A DNA stretch of 64,000 nucleotides from an uncultured Eubacteriales bacterium (GCA_934647945.1 CAKUFK010000008.1:3815-67814); one strand, 5' to 3'; counted from the first letter of the stretch, positions 16,753 through 26,292 are shown. Translations and numbers: made by a program. The notes: generated by a model not told the origin, from the letters alone.

Positions 16753-19700
16753 TTAGTCCACCACCGCGACATTTTCCTTGCCCAATATCGCCCTCAGCTC
16801 GCCTATCATCACATCGTTAACGTTCACCCAAAGGGCATGGGGAGCCCTCACCAATTTCCCGGAATCCGCATAGCGGAGGTAGAGCGGCTCCTCGCCGTCG
16901 AACACCCGCACCACCAGCTGCGCCCGTTTCCACTCCGGGGATTCGGACGACGGCACCCGCAGATACAGGCCGTGCCGGGCGGAAGGGAGCCGGCGGCCGT
17001 CCGGCGCCCGGACGGGCGCTGCGGAAGGAGCCGCGGGTGGAGACGGGTTCCCTGAAAGCCCGGGAATCGGACGGGGCAGGGCATCGGGCGGAGGGGCCTC
17101 ATCCAGGCGGCTCACGAGGATCTTCGGATCCTCGTCTTCCCGGACATTGATCCGGCCCCGCGCCACCACCACCCGGCCAGCCTGAAGCAGATGCCCGCAC
17201 TGGGCCAGGGCTTTGGGGAAGATCACCAGCTCGATGGAGCCCGCCATGTCTTCCAGCGTCGCATACGCCATCTGCGCGTTGCTTTTAGTGGATTTGACAT
17301 GGACGGACGAGAGCATCCCCAGCAGCAGGACCGTATCCCCGTCTGCGTACTCGGCCGGCCCCTCCCCCATCCCCTCTTCAAAGGACGCCGCGATCCGGTC
17401 GGTCCGGGCGGCCTTCATCCGCTCGTGGAGGGCAGTATAGGGTTTCATCGGGTTTCCGGTCAGATACATGCCGGAGACCTCTTTTTCCATGGCCAGAAGC
17501 TCGTCATAAGGGGCTTCGGGCAGCTCCGGCAGGACGGGTTCTCCCATAGCGGCATTGTCGGGATCGTCGAAAAACCCGAGCTGTCCCGCCAGATTCCGGC
17601 GGTTCTGATCGTCCAGAATCTGGAGCACCGTGTCGGAGGATTCCAGCATCTGGCGCCGGTTGGCGCCCAGGCCGTCGAGAGAACCGCATTTGATCAGGCT
17701 CTCCAGGGCCCGCCGGTTGAACTCCCGGTAAAGGGTCATCCGGCGGCAGAAATCGTAAAAGCTGCGGAAGGGCCCGTTTTCCTCCCGCTCCTTTACCAGT
17801 TCCGTAATCAGGCCCCGCCCGAGATTTTTGACCGCCAGCAGCCCGAAGCGGATATGATCCCCCGCCACGGTGAAGGCCGACACGCTCTCGTTGACCGAGG
17901 GAGGCAGCACCGGGATATGCAGCCGGTCGCATTCCCCGATGTATCCCGCCACCTTGCCCGAATCGAACACGCTGGTCAGCAGGGCGGCCATATATTCCCG
18001 GGGATAAAAGCATTTCAGATAAGCGGTCTGATAGGATACCGTCGCATAGGCAGCAGCATGGGATTTATTGAACGCGTAAGACGCGAAAGAGGCCATATCG
18101 TCGAAGACTGCGACCGCCACATTTTCGGGAATGCCGCGGCGTTCGCAACCCTCCACCACCACCGTTCCGTCCTCATCGGTCAGGCCGTGGAGGAAGATCT
18201 CCCGCTCCCGTTCCATCACATCGTGTTTTTTCTTGGACATGGCCCGGCGGACCACATCGGCCCGGCCGAAGGAATACCCCGCGAGCTCACGGAAAATCTG
18301 CATGACCTGCTCTTGATACACGATACAGCCGTAGGTCACGTTCAGAATCGGCTCCAGGGACGGGTGGAGATACCGCACCTCTTCCGGATGGTGACGGTTA
18401 TGGATATATTTCGGAATCGAATCCATCGGGCCCGGACGGAACAGGGCCGTGACCGCGACCAGATCCTCAAACCGGTCGGGCCTGAGCTGCAGCAGCACCC
18501 GCTTCATGCCGGGGGATTCATACTGGAACACCCCGTCGCTGTTGGCCTGGGACATCATCCGGTAGACCTCCGGGGCATCCTGGGGGATATCCTCGATGGA
18601 AAACCCGGGTTCACGCCGGCGGATCATCTCCACCGCGTCGGCGATGACGGTCAGATTGCGCAGGCCGAGAAAATCCATTTTCAGGAGACCCAGTTCCTCC
18701 AGGATCCCCATGGTATACTGGGTGGCGACGGAATCCCCGTTGAGGCAGAGGGGCACATACTCGCTCACCGGCTTCGCGGTGATGACCACCCCGGCGGCAT
18801 GGGTGGACGCGTGCCGCGGCATCCCCTCCACCTTGCGGGCCATCTCGATGAGTTCCCGGACCTGAGGATCGCCCTCATATTGCTCCCGCAGTTTTTTGGA
18901 CAGGGACAGGGCCCGGTCCAGCGTCATATTCAGCTCCCAGGGAACCGATTTGGCCACTGTATCCGCCAGGGCGTAGGGCAGGCCCAAGGCCCTGGCCACA
19001 TCCCGGATGGCGGCCCTCGCTGCCAGGGTTCCGAAGGTGACGATTTGGGCCACGTGGTCGGATCCGTATTTGCCGATAACGTAGTCGATGACCTGCTGCC
19101 GCTTCTCGTTGCAGAAATCGATGTCGAAATCGGGCATACTCACCCGTTCGGGGTTGAGGAACCGTTCGAACAGCAGGTTGTATTTGATGGGGTCGATGCC
19201 GGTGATGCCGATGCAATAGGCGCACAGGCTCCCGGCCCCCGAGCCCCGCCCCGGCCCCACCGGGATATCGTGGTCCTTGGCGTACTGGACAAAATCATGG
19301 ACGATCAGGTAATAATCCACGTATCCCATCTGCTCGATGGTGGCAAGCTCGTATTCCAGCCGCTCCGTGACCGCGGGATCGGGATGTTCGCCGTAATGCC
19401 GGCGCAGCCCCTCATAGCAGCGCTGCCGGAAATAGGCGGCGCTGTCCCCCCCGGGGGCGTCGAACCGGGGGAGCTGGGTCTGGCCGAAGGTCAGCTCGAC
19501 CCGGCAGCGCTCCGCGATCCGGACAGTGTTGTCGAATGCCTCGGGGAGTTCGGGAAACAGCGCCCGCATCTCCTCCTCCGATTTGAGGTAGAATTCCTCC
19601 GTCTCAAAGGCCATGGGATTGGGCTCGTCCACCGTGGTGTTGGTCTGGATGCAGATAAGGACCTTCTGCATCCGGGCGTCCTCTTTGGAGAGGTAGTGGG

Positions 19701-20316
19701 CGTCGTTGGTGCAGACGAGCGGGATGCCCGTCTCCCGGGACAAACGCACGATCTGCGGGCTGATGGCACGCTGCTCCTCCAGCCCGTGGTCCTGGAGCTC
19801 CAGGAAGAAGTTCTCCGGCCCGAATATGTCGCGGTATTCCAACGCGATCCGTTTGGCCCGGTCATAGTCTCCCTGGGTCAACGCCCGGGGGATCTCCCCG
19901 GCCAGACAGGCCGACAGGGCGATGAGCCCCTCATGGTATTCCTGCAGCAGCTCCCGATCCACACGGGGCCTGCCGTAGAAGCCCTCGGTCCAGGCGGCGG
20001 AGATCATCTTGACGAGATTGTGGTATCCCGTCTCATTCTCACACAGCAACACCAAATGGGCGTTCTCGCTGTCCGTGCCGTGAACCTTGTCGAACCGTGT
20101 GCGGGCCGCCACATACGCCTCGCAGCCGAGGATCGGCTTGATACCGGCTTTCTTCGCCTCTTTATAAAACTCCACCAGGCCGTACATGACGCCGTGATCG
20201 GTCACGGCCACGGCCTCCTGCCCCAACGCGGCCGCCCGCTGCACCAGCCCCGGAAGGCGGCAGGCACCGTCGAGCAGGCTATATTCGCTGTGTACATGCA
20301 GATGTACGAAAGCCAT
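16753..20316 (-). CDS. dnaE: DNA polymerase III alpha subunit (DnaE type)
   Basis: 1187 aa. PHP domain start MAFVHLHVHSEYSLLDGA, then the polymerase core (PDFDIDF), then a C-terminal OB region. Confidence 0.97.
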   Translation of the reverse strand: MAFVHLHVHSEYSLLDGACRLPGLVQRAAALGQEAVAVTDHGVMYGLVEFYKEAKKAGIKPILGCEAYVAARTRFDKVHGTDSENAHLVLLCENETGYHNLVKMISAAWTEGFYGRPRVDRELLQEYHEGLIALSACLAGEIPRALTQGDYDRAKRIALEYRDIFGPENFFLELQDHGLEEQRAISPQIVRLSRETGIPLVCTNDAHYLSKEDARMQKVLICIQTNTTVDEPNPMAFETEEFYLKSEEEMRALFPELPEAFDNTVRIAERCRVELTFGQTQLPRFDAPGGDSAAYFRQRCYEGLRRHYGEHPDPAVTERLEYELATIEQMGYVDYYLIVHDFVQYAKDHDIPVGPGRGSGAGSLCAYCIGITGIDPIKYNLLFERFLNPERVSMPDFDIDFCNEKRQQVIDYVIGKYGSDHVAQIVTFGTLAARAAIRDVARALGLPYALADTVAKSVPWELNMTLDRALSLSKKLREQYEGDPQVRELIEMARKVEGMPRHASTHAAGVVITAKPVSEYVPLCLNGDSVATQYTMGILEELGLLKMDFLGLRNLTVIADAVEMIRRREPGFSIEDIPQDAPEVYRMMSQANSDGVFQYESPGMKRVLLQLRPDRFEDLVAVTALFRPGPMDSIPKYIHNRHHPEEVRYLHPSLEPILNVTYGCIVYQEQVMQIFRELAGYSFGRADVVRRAMSKKKHDVMEREREIFLHGLTDEDGTVVVEGCERRGIPENVAVAVFDDMASFASYAFNKSHAAAYATVSYQTAYLKCFYPREYMAALLTSVFDSGKVAGYIGECDRLHIPVLPPSVNESVSAFTVAGDHIRFGLLAVKNLGRGLITELVKEREENGPFRSFYDFCRRMTLYREFNRRALESLIKCGSLDGLGANRRQMLESSDTVLQILDDQNRRNLAGQLGFFDDPDNAAMGEPVLPELPEAPYDELLAMEKEVSGMYLTGNPMKPYTALHERMKAARTDRIAASFEEGMGEGPAEYADGDTVLLLGMLSSVHVKSTKSNAQMAYATLEDMAGSIELVIFPKALAQCGHLLQAGRVVVARGRINVREDEDPKILVSRLDEAPPPDALPRPIPGLSGNPSPPAAPSAAPVRAPDGRRLPSARHGLYLRVPSSESPEWKRAQLVVRVFDGEEPLYLRYADSGKLVRAPHALWVNVNDVMIGELRAILGKENVAVVD

Positions 20317-20721
20317 CCGCCTTTCCCTCCTTGCGTATCCCGACCCGGGCCGTGTATATGGCCTATGGGGTTATGTCCAGCCAAATCCCCGGATACAAAG
20401 CCCTTATGCCATACTCGCCGGTTTGAAGTCCGCGTTCCCGCCGGCTTTCCTGAAAAGAACCCCGGGCCGGCTCCTGGCGAGTATAAATACCGGCGTGCTC
20501 CAGGGCCGAGAGCCTTTTTTGAACACCGGCTCAGGCGGCATTGCCCGAATCGGCGTCCATACCATAAGGGGCGGCGTCCCTAGGGCTTTTGGTGGCCATA
20601 CTATTATAACACAATTGCCGCCCCAGATAAAAGGCCTTTTAAGCGGGGCCCGCCCCGGCCGGGATCCCACCGGCATCGGAATTCTTTCCCATACGACCGG
20701 CAGGCCGGCATTTTCCTTTTC

Positions 20722-20895
20722 CTCACCGCTGTGGTAAATGGTTTTGATAATATCCTCGATGTCGGGTTCTTCCAGGGACAAATCCCGAATTTTCACCTGG
20801 CCGGACAGATCGGCGATCAGCTCCGCGGCGCTCATGTCGCGCTTGTTGAATTCGAAGCACACCCGGGCGCCCTCATTTTTGACCACGTCGGCCCG
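20722..20895 (-). pseudogene. Possible 3' remnant of an ABC-transporter ATP-binding gene
   Basis: The first ~55 codons of ORF 20404..20886 read VVKNEGARVCFEFNKRDMSAAELIADLSGQVKIRDLSLEEPDIEDIIKTIY. This resembles the C-terminal tail of COG4586-type ABC ATPases. No Walker motifs lie upstream, and the rest of the ORF is low-complexity read-through. Confidence 0.3.
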
Positions 20896-21099
20896 CGGAC
20901 ATGCCGTCCCCCCTCTCCAACATCAACCCCTGTTTTTATGCCGCAAAAAACAAAAGTTTGGTGCTATTATAGCATATTTTGCTGAAAAAGGAAGCCTTTT
21001 TTTGGCAATTTCCTAGATTCCTCCTGAAATCCGTACGTTCCCGCTGTCCGTCTCCGTCCCCCGCGGGAGATGAAAATCCCGGAAATTTTCAAAACCCTC

Positions 21100-21128
21100 T
21101 TGACGAAACCGCAAAACGTGTGTATAAT
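21100..21128 (+). promoter_or_regulatory. Sigma-A promoter of the Met T-box leader
   Basis: TTGACG-17 nt-TATAAT. Confidence 0.6.
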
Positions 21129-21134
21129 GCGGCT

Positions 21135-21457
21135 AAATCGATAGTGTCACAGACTTGGATGAGAAGAGTAAGCCTCTGCGTCATTTCCAGAGAGCCCGGG
21201 CAGCTGCGAACGGGCAATGACAACGCCGCTGAACATGGTCTCGGAGTCGCACGGCCAAAGCCCGGGAAAACCCGGCGCCAAAGCCGTGACGGGGGCGCCC
21301 GTTACCGCGCTATGCTATCGGCAGGCAGGGCCTGCCCGCAGCAGATGAGGTCCCATACCGCGAGGTAGGGATAAACCGGGGTGGTAACACGAAGCGTGGC
21401 TCTCGTCCCCGAACGGCATGGTGAAACCCATGCCGTTCGGCGGCGGGGGCCTTTTTG
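21135..21457 (+). promoter_or_regulatory. T-box riboswitch leader (probable Met specifier) with terminator
   Basis: Stem I elements: GGATGAGAAGAGTA (GA/K-turn plus AGUA), CCAGAGAG (AG bulge) and GCTGCGAA (distal loop). Candidate specifier AUG at 21235-21237 in GAACAUGG. T-box sequence GGGGTGGTAACACG at 21378-21391. Terminator CCCCGAACGGCATGG...CCCATGCCGTTCGG followed by CTTTTTG. Confidence 0.8.
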
Positions 21458-21667
21458 TTCCTGTCCCTTATCAAATCTCCAGCCGGCGGCGAATGGCGGC
21501 CCCTCTCCCCTTGGGCCGTCCTGCTGCCGCCCGGCCGCCGTCCGAAGAGGCGGAATACCGGCCGAAAATTCAAAAAGGCACCCGTATCATGCCGGCGAAT
21601 CCCGCGGGATTGTCGGAGCGCTCGTCCGTCCCGCCTGTCACATCGACTCAAGAAAGGCCGTGATCCT

Positions 21668-22423
21668 ATGGAACCCGCCATTCGCATCGAACACCTGACC
21701 AAGATTTTCCCCTCCGGCGGCGATGTGGCCGCTTTGCGGGACGTCAGCCTGGACATCGCGCCCGGCGACATCTTCGGCATCATCGGCATGAGTGGGGCCG
21801 GAAAGAGTACCCTGCTGCGGTGCATCGCCATGCTGGAAACCCCGACCGAAGGCCGGATTTCCATTGAGGGTGTCGATATCCGCAGCCTGAAAGGCCGGGC
21901 GGCGATCGCCCACCGCAAGGAGGTCGGCGTCATTTTCCAGGGCTATAACCTCCTGATGCAGCGCACGGTCCGGCGCAACGTCGCGTTCCCTCTCGAAATC
22001 GGCCGCCGCCCCAAACCGGAGATCCGGGAACGGGTGGAGGAACTGCTCCGTCTTGTCGGTCTCTCCGATAAGGCCGGCGCCTACCCCTCCCAGCTCTCGG
22101 GCGGACAGAAGCAACGGGTCGCCATCGCGCGCGCCCTCGCCAGCAACCCCAAAATCCTCCTGTGCGACGAACCCACCTCGGCCTTGGACGCTATGACGAC
22201 CGGCGCTATTCTCGACCTCCTGTGCGACATCAACCGGCGGCTGGGGGTAACGGTGGTGATCATCACCCACGAGATCGGGGTGGTCAAATCCATCTGCAAC
22301 CGGGTCGCGGTCATCGACGAGGGCCATATTGCCGAATGCGGCGACACTAAAACCATCTTCGCCGCACCGCAAAGCCGGATGACACGAATGCTGTTGGGGA
22401 TGAAAGGAGACGATGAGACATGA
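21668..22423 (+). CDS. metN: Methionine ABC transporter ATP-binding protein, short form without a NIL domain
   Basis: Part of ORF 21455..22423, start at ATG 21668 (MEPAIRIEHLTKIF). Walker A GMSGAGKST, signature LSGGQKQRVAIARAL, Walker B ILLCDEPTSALD. The protein ends about 25 aa after the H-loop region. Confidence 0.88.
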   Translation: MEPAIRIEHLTKIFPSGGDVAALRDVSLDIAPGDIFGIIGMSGAGKSTLLRCIAMLETPTEGRISIEGVDIRSLKGRAAIAHRKEVGVIFQGYNLLMQRTVRRNVAFPLEIGRRPKPEIRERVEELLRLVGLSDKAGAYPSQLSGGQKQRVAIARALASNPKILLCDEPTSALDAMTTGAILDLLCDINRRLGVTVVIITHEIGVVKSICNRVAVIDEGHIAECGDTKTIFAAPQSRMTRMLLGMKGDDET

Positions 22424-23100
22424 TCGAAACCCTGTCGGGTCTGTGGGACAAATACGGCATGATGCTGCTCGAGGGCACTGGTGCCACCCTGTACATGACC
22501 GCTGCCTCCGCCCTGTTCGCCTATCTCATCGGCCTTCCCCTGGGTGTGCTGATGATCGTGACCGCCAAAGGCGGCATCCGGCCCCATCCCGTGCTCAATT
22601 CCGTCCTGGGCTGGATCATCAACATCGGCCGCTCCATCCCCTTCATCATCCTGATCGTGGCCCTGATCCCCTTCACCCGGCTGATCACCGGCACCTCCAT
22701 CGGCCCGACGGCCGCCATTGTCCCCCTGGTCATCGGCGCCGCGCCCTTTGTCGCCCGGATGGTGGAAACCTCCCTCAAGGAGGTGGACGCCAAAGTGGTG
22801 GAGGCCGCGCAGACCATGGGCGCCACCGGCTGGCAGATCGTGTGGAAGGTCCTGCTCCCCGAATCCGTCCCTTCCCTGATCCGGGGCACCTCCATCTCCA
22901 CCATCACCCTGATCGGTTACTCCGCTATGGCCGGCACGGTCGGAGGCGGCGGGCTCGGGGATATCGCCATCCGGTATGGATACCAGCGGTATCAGCAGGA
23001 TGTGATGATCGTCACCATCATTCTGCTCGTGATCATCGTCCAGTTAATCCAGTTCGCCTTCGGCCTGCTGGCGTCCGCCATCGACAAACGCAACCACTGA
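22420..23100 (+). CDS. metI: Methionine ABC transporter permease
   Basis: 226 aa. Its start overlaps the metN stop by 4 nt (ATGA). The EAA-loop region EAAQTMGATGWQIVWKVLLPES is typical of MetI. Confidence 0.9.
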   Translation: MIETLSGLWDKYGMMLLEGTGATLYMTAASALFAYLIGLPLGVLMIVTAKGGIRPHPVLNSVLGWIINIGRSIPFIILIVALIPFTRLITGTSIGPTAAIVPLVIGAAPFVARMVETSLKEVDAKVVEAAQTMGATGWQIVWKVLLPESVPSLIRGTSISTITLIGYSAMAGTVGGGGLGDIAIRYGYQRYQQDVMIVTIILLVIIVQLIQFAFGLLASAIDKRNH

Positions 23101-23144
23101 GAAGAGACGAACAATCCTATTAAAACAAGAAAGAGGGATATCCC

Positions 23145-23942
23145 ATGAAAAACCTGAAACGCATCCTCATTGCTGCGGCCGCGGCCCTGCTGCTCCTTTC
23201 CCTGTCCGCCTGCGGCGCCAAACAGGACGACAAAACCATCCGGGTCGGCGCCTCCCCCGCGCCCCACGCCCAGATCCTCAAAGCCGCCGAGCCGCTGCTC
23301 AAGGAAAAGGGCTACACCCTCGTTATCCAGGAATTTTCCGATTATGTACTGCCCAACAACGCCTTGGAGGAAGGCTCTCTGGATGCCAACTTCTTCCAGC
23401 ACGAACCCTATCTGCTGGATTTCAATCAGGAAAACGGCACCCATCTGGTGGCCGTAGCCAACATCCATTATGAGCCGATGGGCGTTTACGCCGGCAAGAG
23501 CGCCTCGCTCGACAGCATCCCCTCCGGCGCGCAGATTGCCGTGCCCAGCGATACCACCAATGAGGCCCGCGCCCTGCAGCTTCTGGAAAAAATCGGCCTG
23601 ATCAAACTCAAGGAGGGGGCGGGGCTCACCGCCACCAAGAACGACATCGCGGACAATCCCCATCAAATCCGGATCGTTGAAACCGAAGCCGCCCAGGTGC
23701 CGCGCACCCTGCAGGACGTGGATTTTGCCGTCGCCAACGGCAACTACGCCATATCCGCCGGCGTCACCGACAAGGTACTGGTCAAGGAGGACTCCTCCAC
23801 AAAATACGGCAACATCGTCGCCGTGAAGGAGGGACAGGAATCTTCCGCGAAGACCACGGCCCTGGTGGAAGCTCTGACCTCCGACACGGTACGCCAGTTC
23901 ATCGTCGATGAATTCGGGGAGACCGCTGTCCCGATGTTCTGA
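23145..23942 (+). CDS. metQ: Methionine-binding lipoprotein (NlpA/MetQ family)
   Basis: 265 aa. Lipobox LSLSAC, then IRVGASPAPHAQIL...FQHEPYL...NYAI, typical of MetQ. Confidence 0.9.
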   Translation: MKNLKRILIAAAAALLLLSLSACGAKQDDKTIRVGASPAPHAQILKAAEPLLKEKGYTLVIQEFSDYVLPNNALEEGSLDANFFQHEPYLLDFNQENGTHLVAVANIHYEPMGVYAGKSASLDSIPSGAQIAVPSDTTNEARALQLLEKIGLIKLKEGAGLTATKNDIADNPHQIRIVETEAAQVPRTLQDVDFAVANGNYAISAGVTDKVLVKEDSSTKYGNIVAVKEGQESSAKTTALVEALTSDTVRQFIVDEFGETAVPMF

Positions 23943-23987
23943 TCCTCCATCCTGAGGATTCCGCCGGTCGAAACCTGATTCAGGCAG

Positions 23988-24036
23988 AAACAGCCCCCTT
24001 TCGGGACGAAACGTCCCAAAAGGGGGCTGTTTTTTT
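23988..24036. terminator. Strong bidirectional terminator between metQ and surface-protein paralog A
   Basis: CAGCCCCCTTTCGGGACGAAACGTCCCAAAAGGGGGCTG followed by TTTTTTT. Confidence 0.7.
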
Positions 24037-24049
24037 AACCCGTAGATAC

Positions 24050-25105
24050 CTATTCCTTGATCCAGGGCAGCTTTTTCAGCTTCCAGAGCACCAGAAGGAC
24101 GACGCCGGCGGCGACGAGGACACCCGCGACGATCCCGATGGGAATCCAGATCGAAAACGACGACTTCTCCCCTGCATCCCCGCCGCTTTCGGGATTCCCG
24201 GCCACGGCGGCGCTCGACGAATCGGCGTCACCGGCGGACGAGCCATCCCCCTGTAAGGGCGATGTCGTGGCGGCATCCGAGGCCGGATCGGTGCCGGAAG
24301 ACGGATCTTCCGATGCTGGAGCCGTCGTCGGCCCATCGGGGGTGGTGGACTTAGGAGGCGCCGTTGTGGCGTCCGGGGTATCCGGCGGAGAGGTCGGCTC
24401 CTCATAAGCGGGAGGCGCCGTCGTCGTCACAACCGGTGCCGAGGTGTCCGCGTCGGACACGAGGAGCTGGCCGGAGCTGTCGCCAAACGAAGCTTTCATG
24501 ATCAAGGTTTCGGGATTTTCGATATCCGCGACGTTGCTCACACCCTGGAGATCCTCCTCCTCCGCCCAGGAATACACGACCTCCCCGGCCGCGTTTTTCA
24601 CCTCAAAATTGCGGAAGGTCACTGTGCCGGTCGCCCAGAGCATCCCCATGTCTAACAGATAGTAATCCTGTAACGCTCCGTTGAGCCAGATTCCCTTGAC
24701 ATTGTCAAAGGTAATGGGATCGCCCTCCTTCAATCCAATATTATGTGTTTCGACTATTGAAGTCATTTTCACGTCGATCCAATCTGTGCTTTTTGTATAG
24801 TTGAACAGACCAATGGATCCCTTGGATTCTACCCGGCCATCCCATATATCCACTAAGACCAGGCCACCCACCTTTGTCTTTTTGAAATCTTCGATCTTTA
24901 CCTGCATACTGATGGTAAAAGGGCCGCCCGAACCAAATAGAGATTTGGGCAGATACTGCCGGATAAAGGGCTGCACGTCGCTGTTGGGGATGATGGTGAT
25001 CTGCTTGCCGGCGGATGCCGCCGACACGGACGATGCGGTAATACCTGTGAAAACCATTGTCAGGGCCGCCAAAACACAACCGAAACGCTTTCGAATAGAT
25101 CGCAT
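24050..25105 (-). CDS. Membrane-anchored surface protein, paralog A (signal peptide, beta-rich domain, Pro/Thr/Ser/Asp linker, C-terminal TM)
   Basis: 351 aa. AGGAGG lies 7 nt before the ATG. Signal peptide MRSIRKRFGCVLAALTMVFTGITASSVSAASA. Linker TTTAPPAYEEPTSPPDTPDATTAPPKSTTPDGPTTAP. C-terminal TM IWIPIGIVAGVLVAAGVVLLVLW followed by KLKK. Confidence 0.75.
   Translation of the reverse strand: MRSIRKRFGCVLAALTMVFTGITASSVSAASAGKQITIIPNSDVQPFIRQYLPKSLFGSGGPFTISMQVKIEDFKKTKVGGLVLVDIWDGRVESKGSIGLFNYTKSTDWIDVKMTSIVETHNIGLKEGDPITFDNVKGIWLNGALQDYYLLDMGMLWATGTVTFRNFEVKNAAGEVVYSWAEEEDLQGVSNVADIENPETLIMKASFGDSSGQLLVSDADTSAPVVTTTAPPAYEEPTSPPDTPDATTAPPKSTTPDGPTTAPASEDPSSGTDPASDAATTSPLQGDGSSAGDADSSSAAVAGNPESGGDAGEKSSFSIWIPIGIVAGVLVAAGVVLLVLWKLKKLPWIKE
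24052..24703. repeat. Direct repeat copy 1 (652 bp, no mismatch to 25239..25890 seen by eye)
   Basis: Line-by-line comparison of the two stretches at an offset of 1187 bp. Identity starts at the first base of the stop codon and ends inside the extracellular domain. Confidence 0.85.
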
Positions 25106-25236
25106 TTCATAGCCTCCTATTTCTTATCGGAAATGCCTCACTTCACCTGAAAATGAGATCTTAGCCGGAAGTCCTACTATCCATTTGGAGTGTCATTGAA
25201 AATCCCTCGTATATCTCCCGAGATATACGGGCTTTT

Positions 25237-26292
25237 TCATTCCTTGATCCAGGGCAGCTTTTTCAGCTTCCAGAGCACCAGAAGGACGACGCCGGCGGCG
25301 ACGAGGACACCCGCGACGATCCCGATGGGAATCCAGATCGAAAACGACGACTTCTCCCCTGCATCCCCGCCGCTTTCGGGATTCCCGGCCACGGCGGCGC
25401 TCGACGAATCGGCGTCACCGGCGGACGAGCCATCCCCCTGTAAGGGCGATGTCGTGGCGGCATCCGAGGCCGGATCGGTGCCGGAAGACGGATCTTCCGA
25501 TGCTGGAGCCGTCGTCGGCCCATCGGGGGTGGTGGACTTAGGAGGCGCCGTTGTGGCGTCCGGGGTATCCGGCGGAGAGGTCGGCTCCTCATAAGCGGGA
25601 GGCGCCGTCGTCGTCACAACCGGTGCCGAGGTGTCCGCGTCGGACACGAGGAGCTGGCCGGAGCTGTCGCCAAACGAAGCTTTCATGATCAAGGTTTCGG
25701 GATTTTCGATATCCGCGACGTTGCTCACACCCTGGAGATCCTCCTCCTCCGCCCAGGAATACACGACCTCCCCGGCCGCGTTTTTCACCTCAAAATTGCG
25801 GAAGGTCACTGTGCCGGTCGCCCAGAGCATCCCCATGTCTAACAGATAGTAATCCTGTAACGCTCCGTTGAGCCAGATTCCCTTGACATTATCAAACGTG
25901 ATGGGATCGCCGGATTTCATCCCGGCATTGTATTCCTCGCACACCGAGGTCATCTTTACGTCCACCCAGTCGGTGCTCTTGGTATAAGCACTCAGTTTGA
26001 CGACCGACTCGGATTCGACCCGGCCGTCCCATATGTTCACATAGACTTTCCCATTCACGTTCGTCCTTTTGAAGTTCTCCGCCTTCATCTGGACATGCAC
26101 GGTGAAGGGGCCGCCCGAACCGAACAGGTATTTGGGCAAAAATTGCCGGATGAAGGGCTGCTCATCGGTGTTGGGGATGATGGTGATTTGCTTGCCGGCG
26201 GATGCCGCCGACACGGACGATCCCGCAAACCCCACCCAAATCATCATGACTGCCAGCAGGATACACCAGAACCGCTTTCGAAAAAACCGCAT
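25237..26292 (-). CDS. Membrane-anchored surface protein, paralog B
   Basis: Part of ORF 25237..26322. Start at ATG 26292 (MRFFRKRFWCILL), preceded by AAGGAGG. 351 aa, same architecture as paralog A. The C-terminal ~217 aa are identical to A. Confidence 0.75.
   Translation of the reverse strand: MRFFRKRFWCILLAVMMIWVGFAGSSVSAASAGKQITIIPNTDEQPFIRQFLPKYLFGSGGPFTVHVQMKAENFKRTNVNGKVYVNIWDGRVESESVVKLSAYTKSTDWVDVKMTSVCEEYNAGMKSGDPITFDNVKGIWLNGALQDYYLLDMGMLWATGTVTFRNFEVKNAAGEVVYSWAEEEDLQGVSNVADIENPETLIMKASFGDSSGQLLVSDADTSAPVVTTTAPPAYEEPTSPPDTPDATTAPPKSTTPDGPTTAPASEDPSSGTDPASDAATTSPLQGDGSSAGDADSSSAAVAGNPESGGDAGEKSSFSIWIPIGIVAGVLVAAGVVLLVLWKLKKLPWIKE
25239..25890. repeat. Direct repeat copy 2
   Basis: See copy 1. 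The bases just outside differ: stop codon TAG in A and TGA in B, and the first internal mismatch is at 24704/25891. Confidence 0.85.

Noticed and set aside
17191-20583. 1130-aa plus-strand ORF
   Set aside because: It is antisense to dnaE (PHP and polymerase motifs are on the minus strand). Low-complexity composition, shadow ORF.
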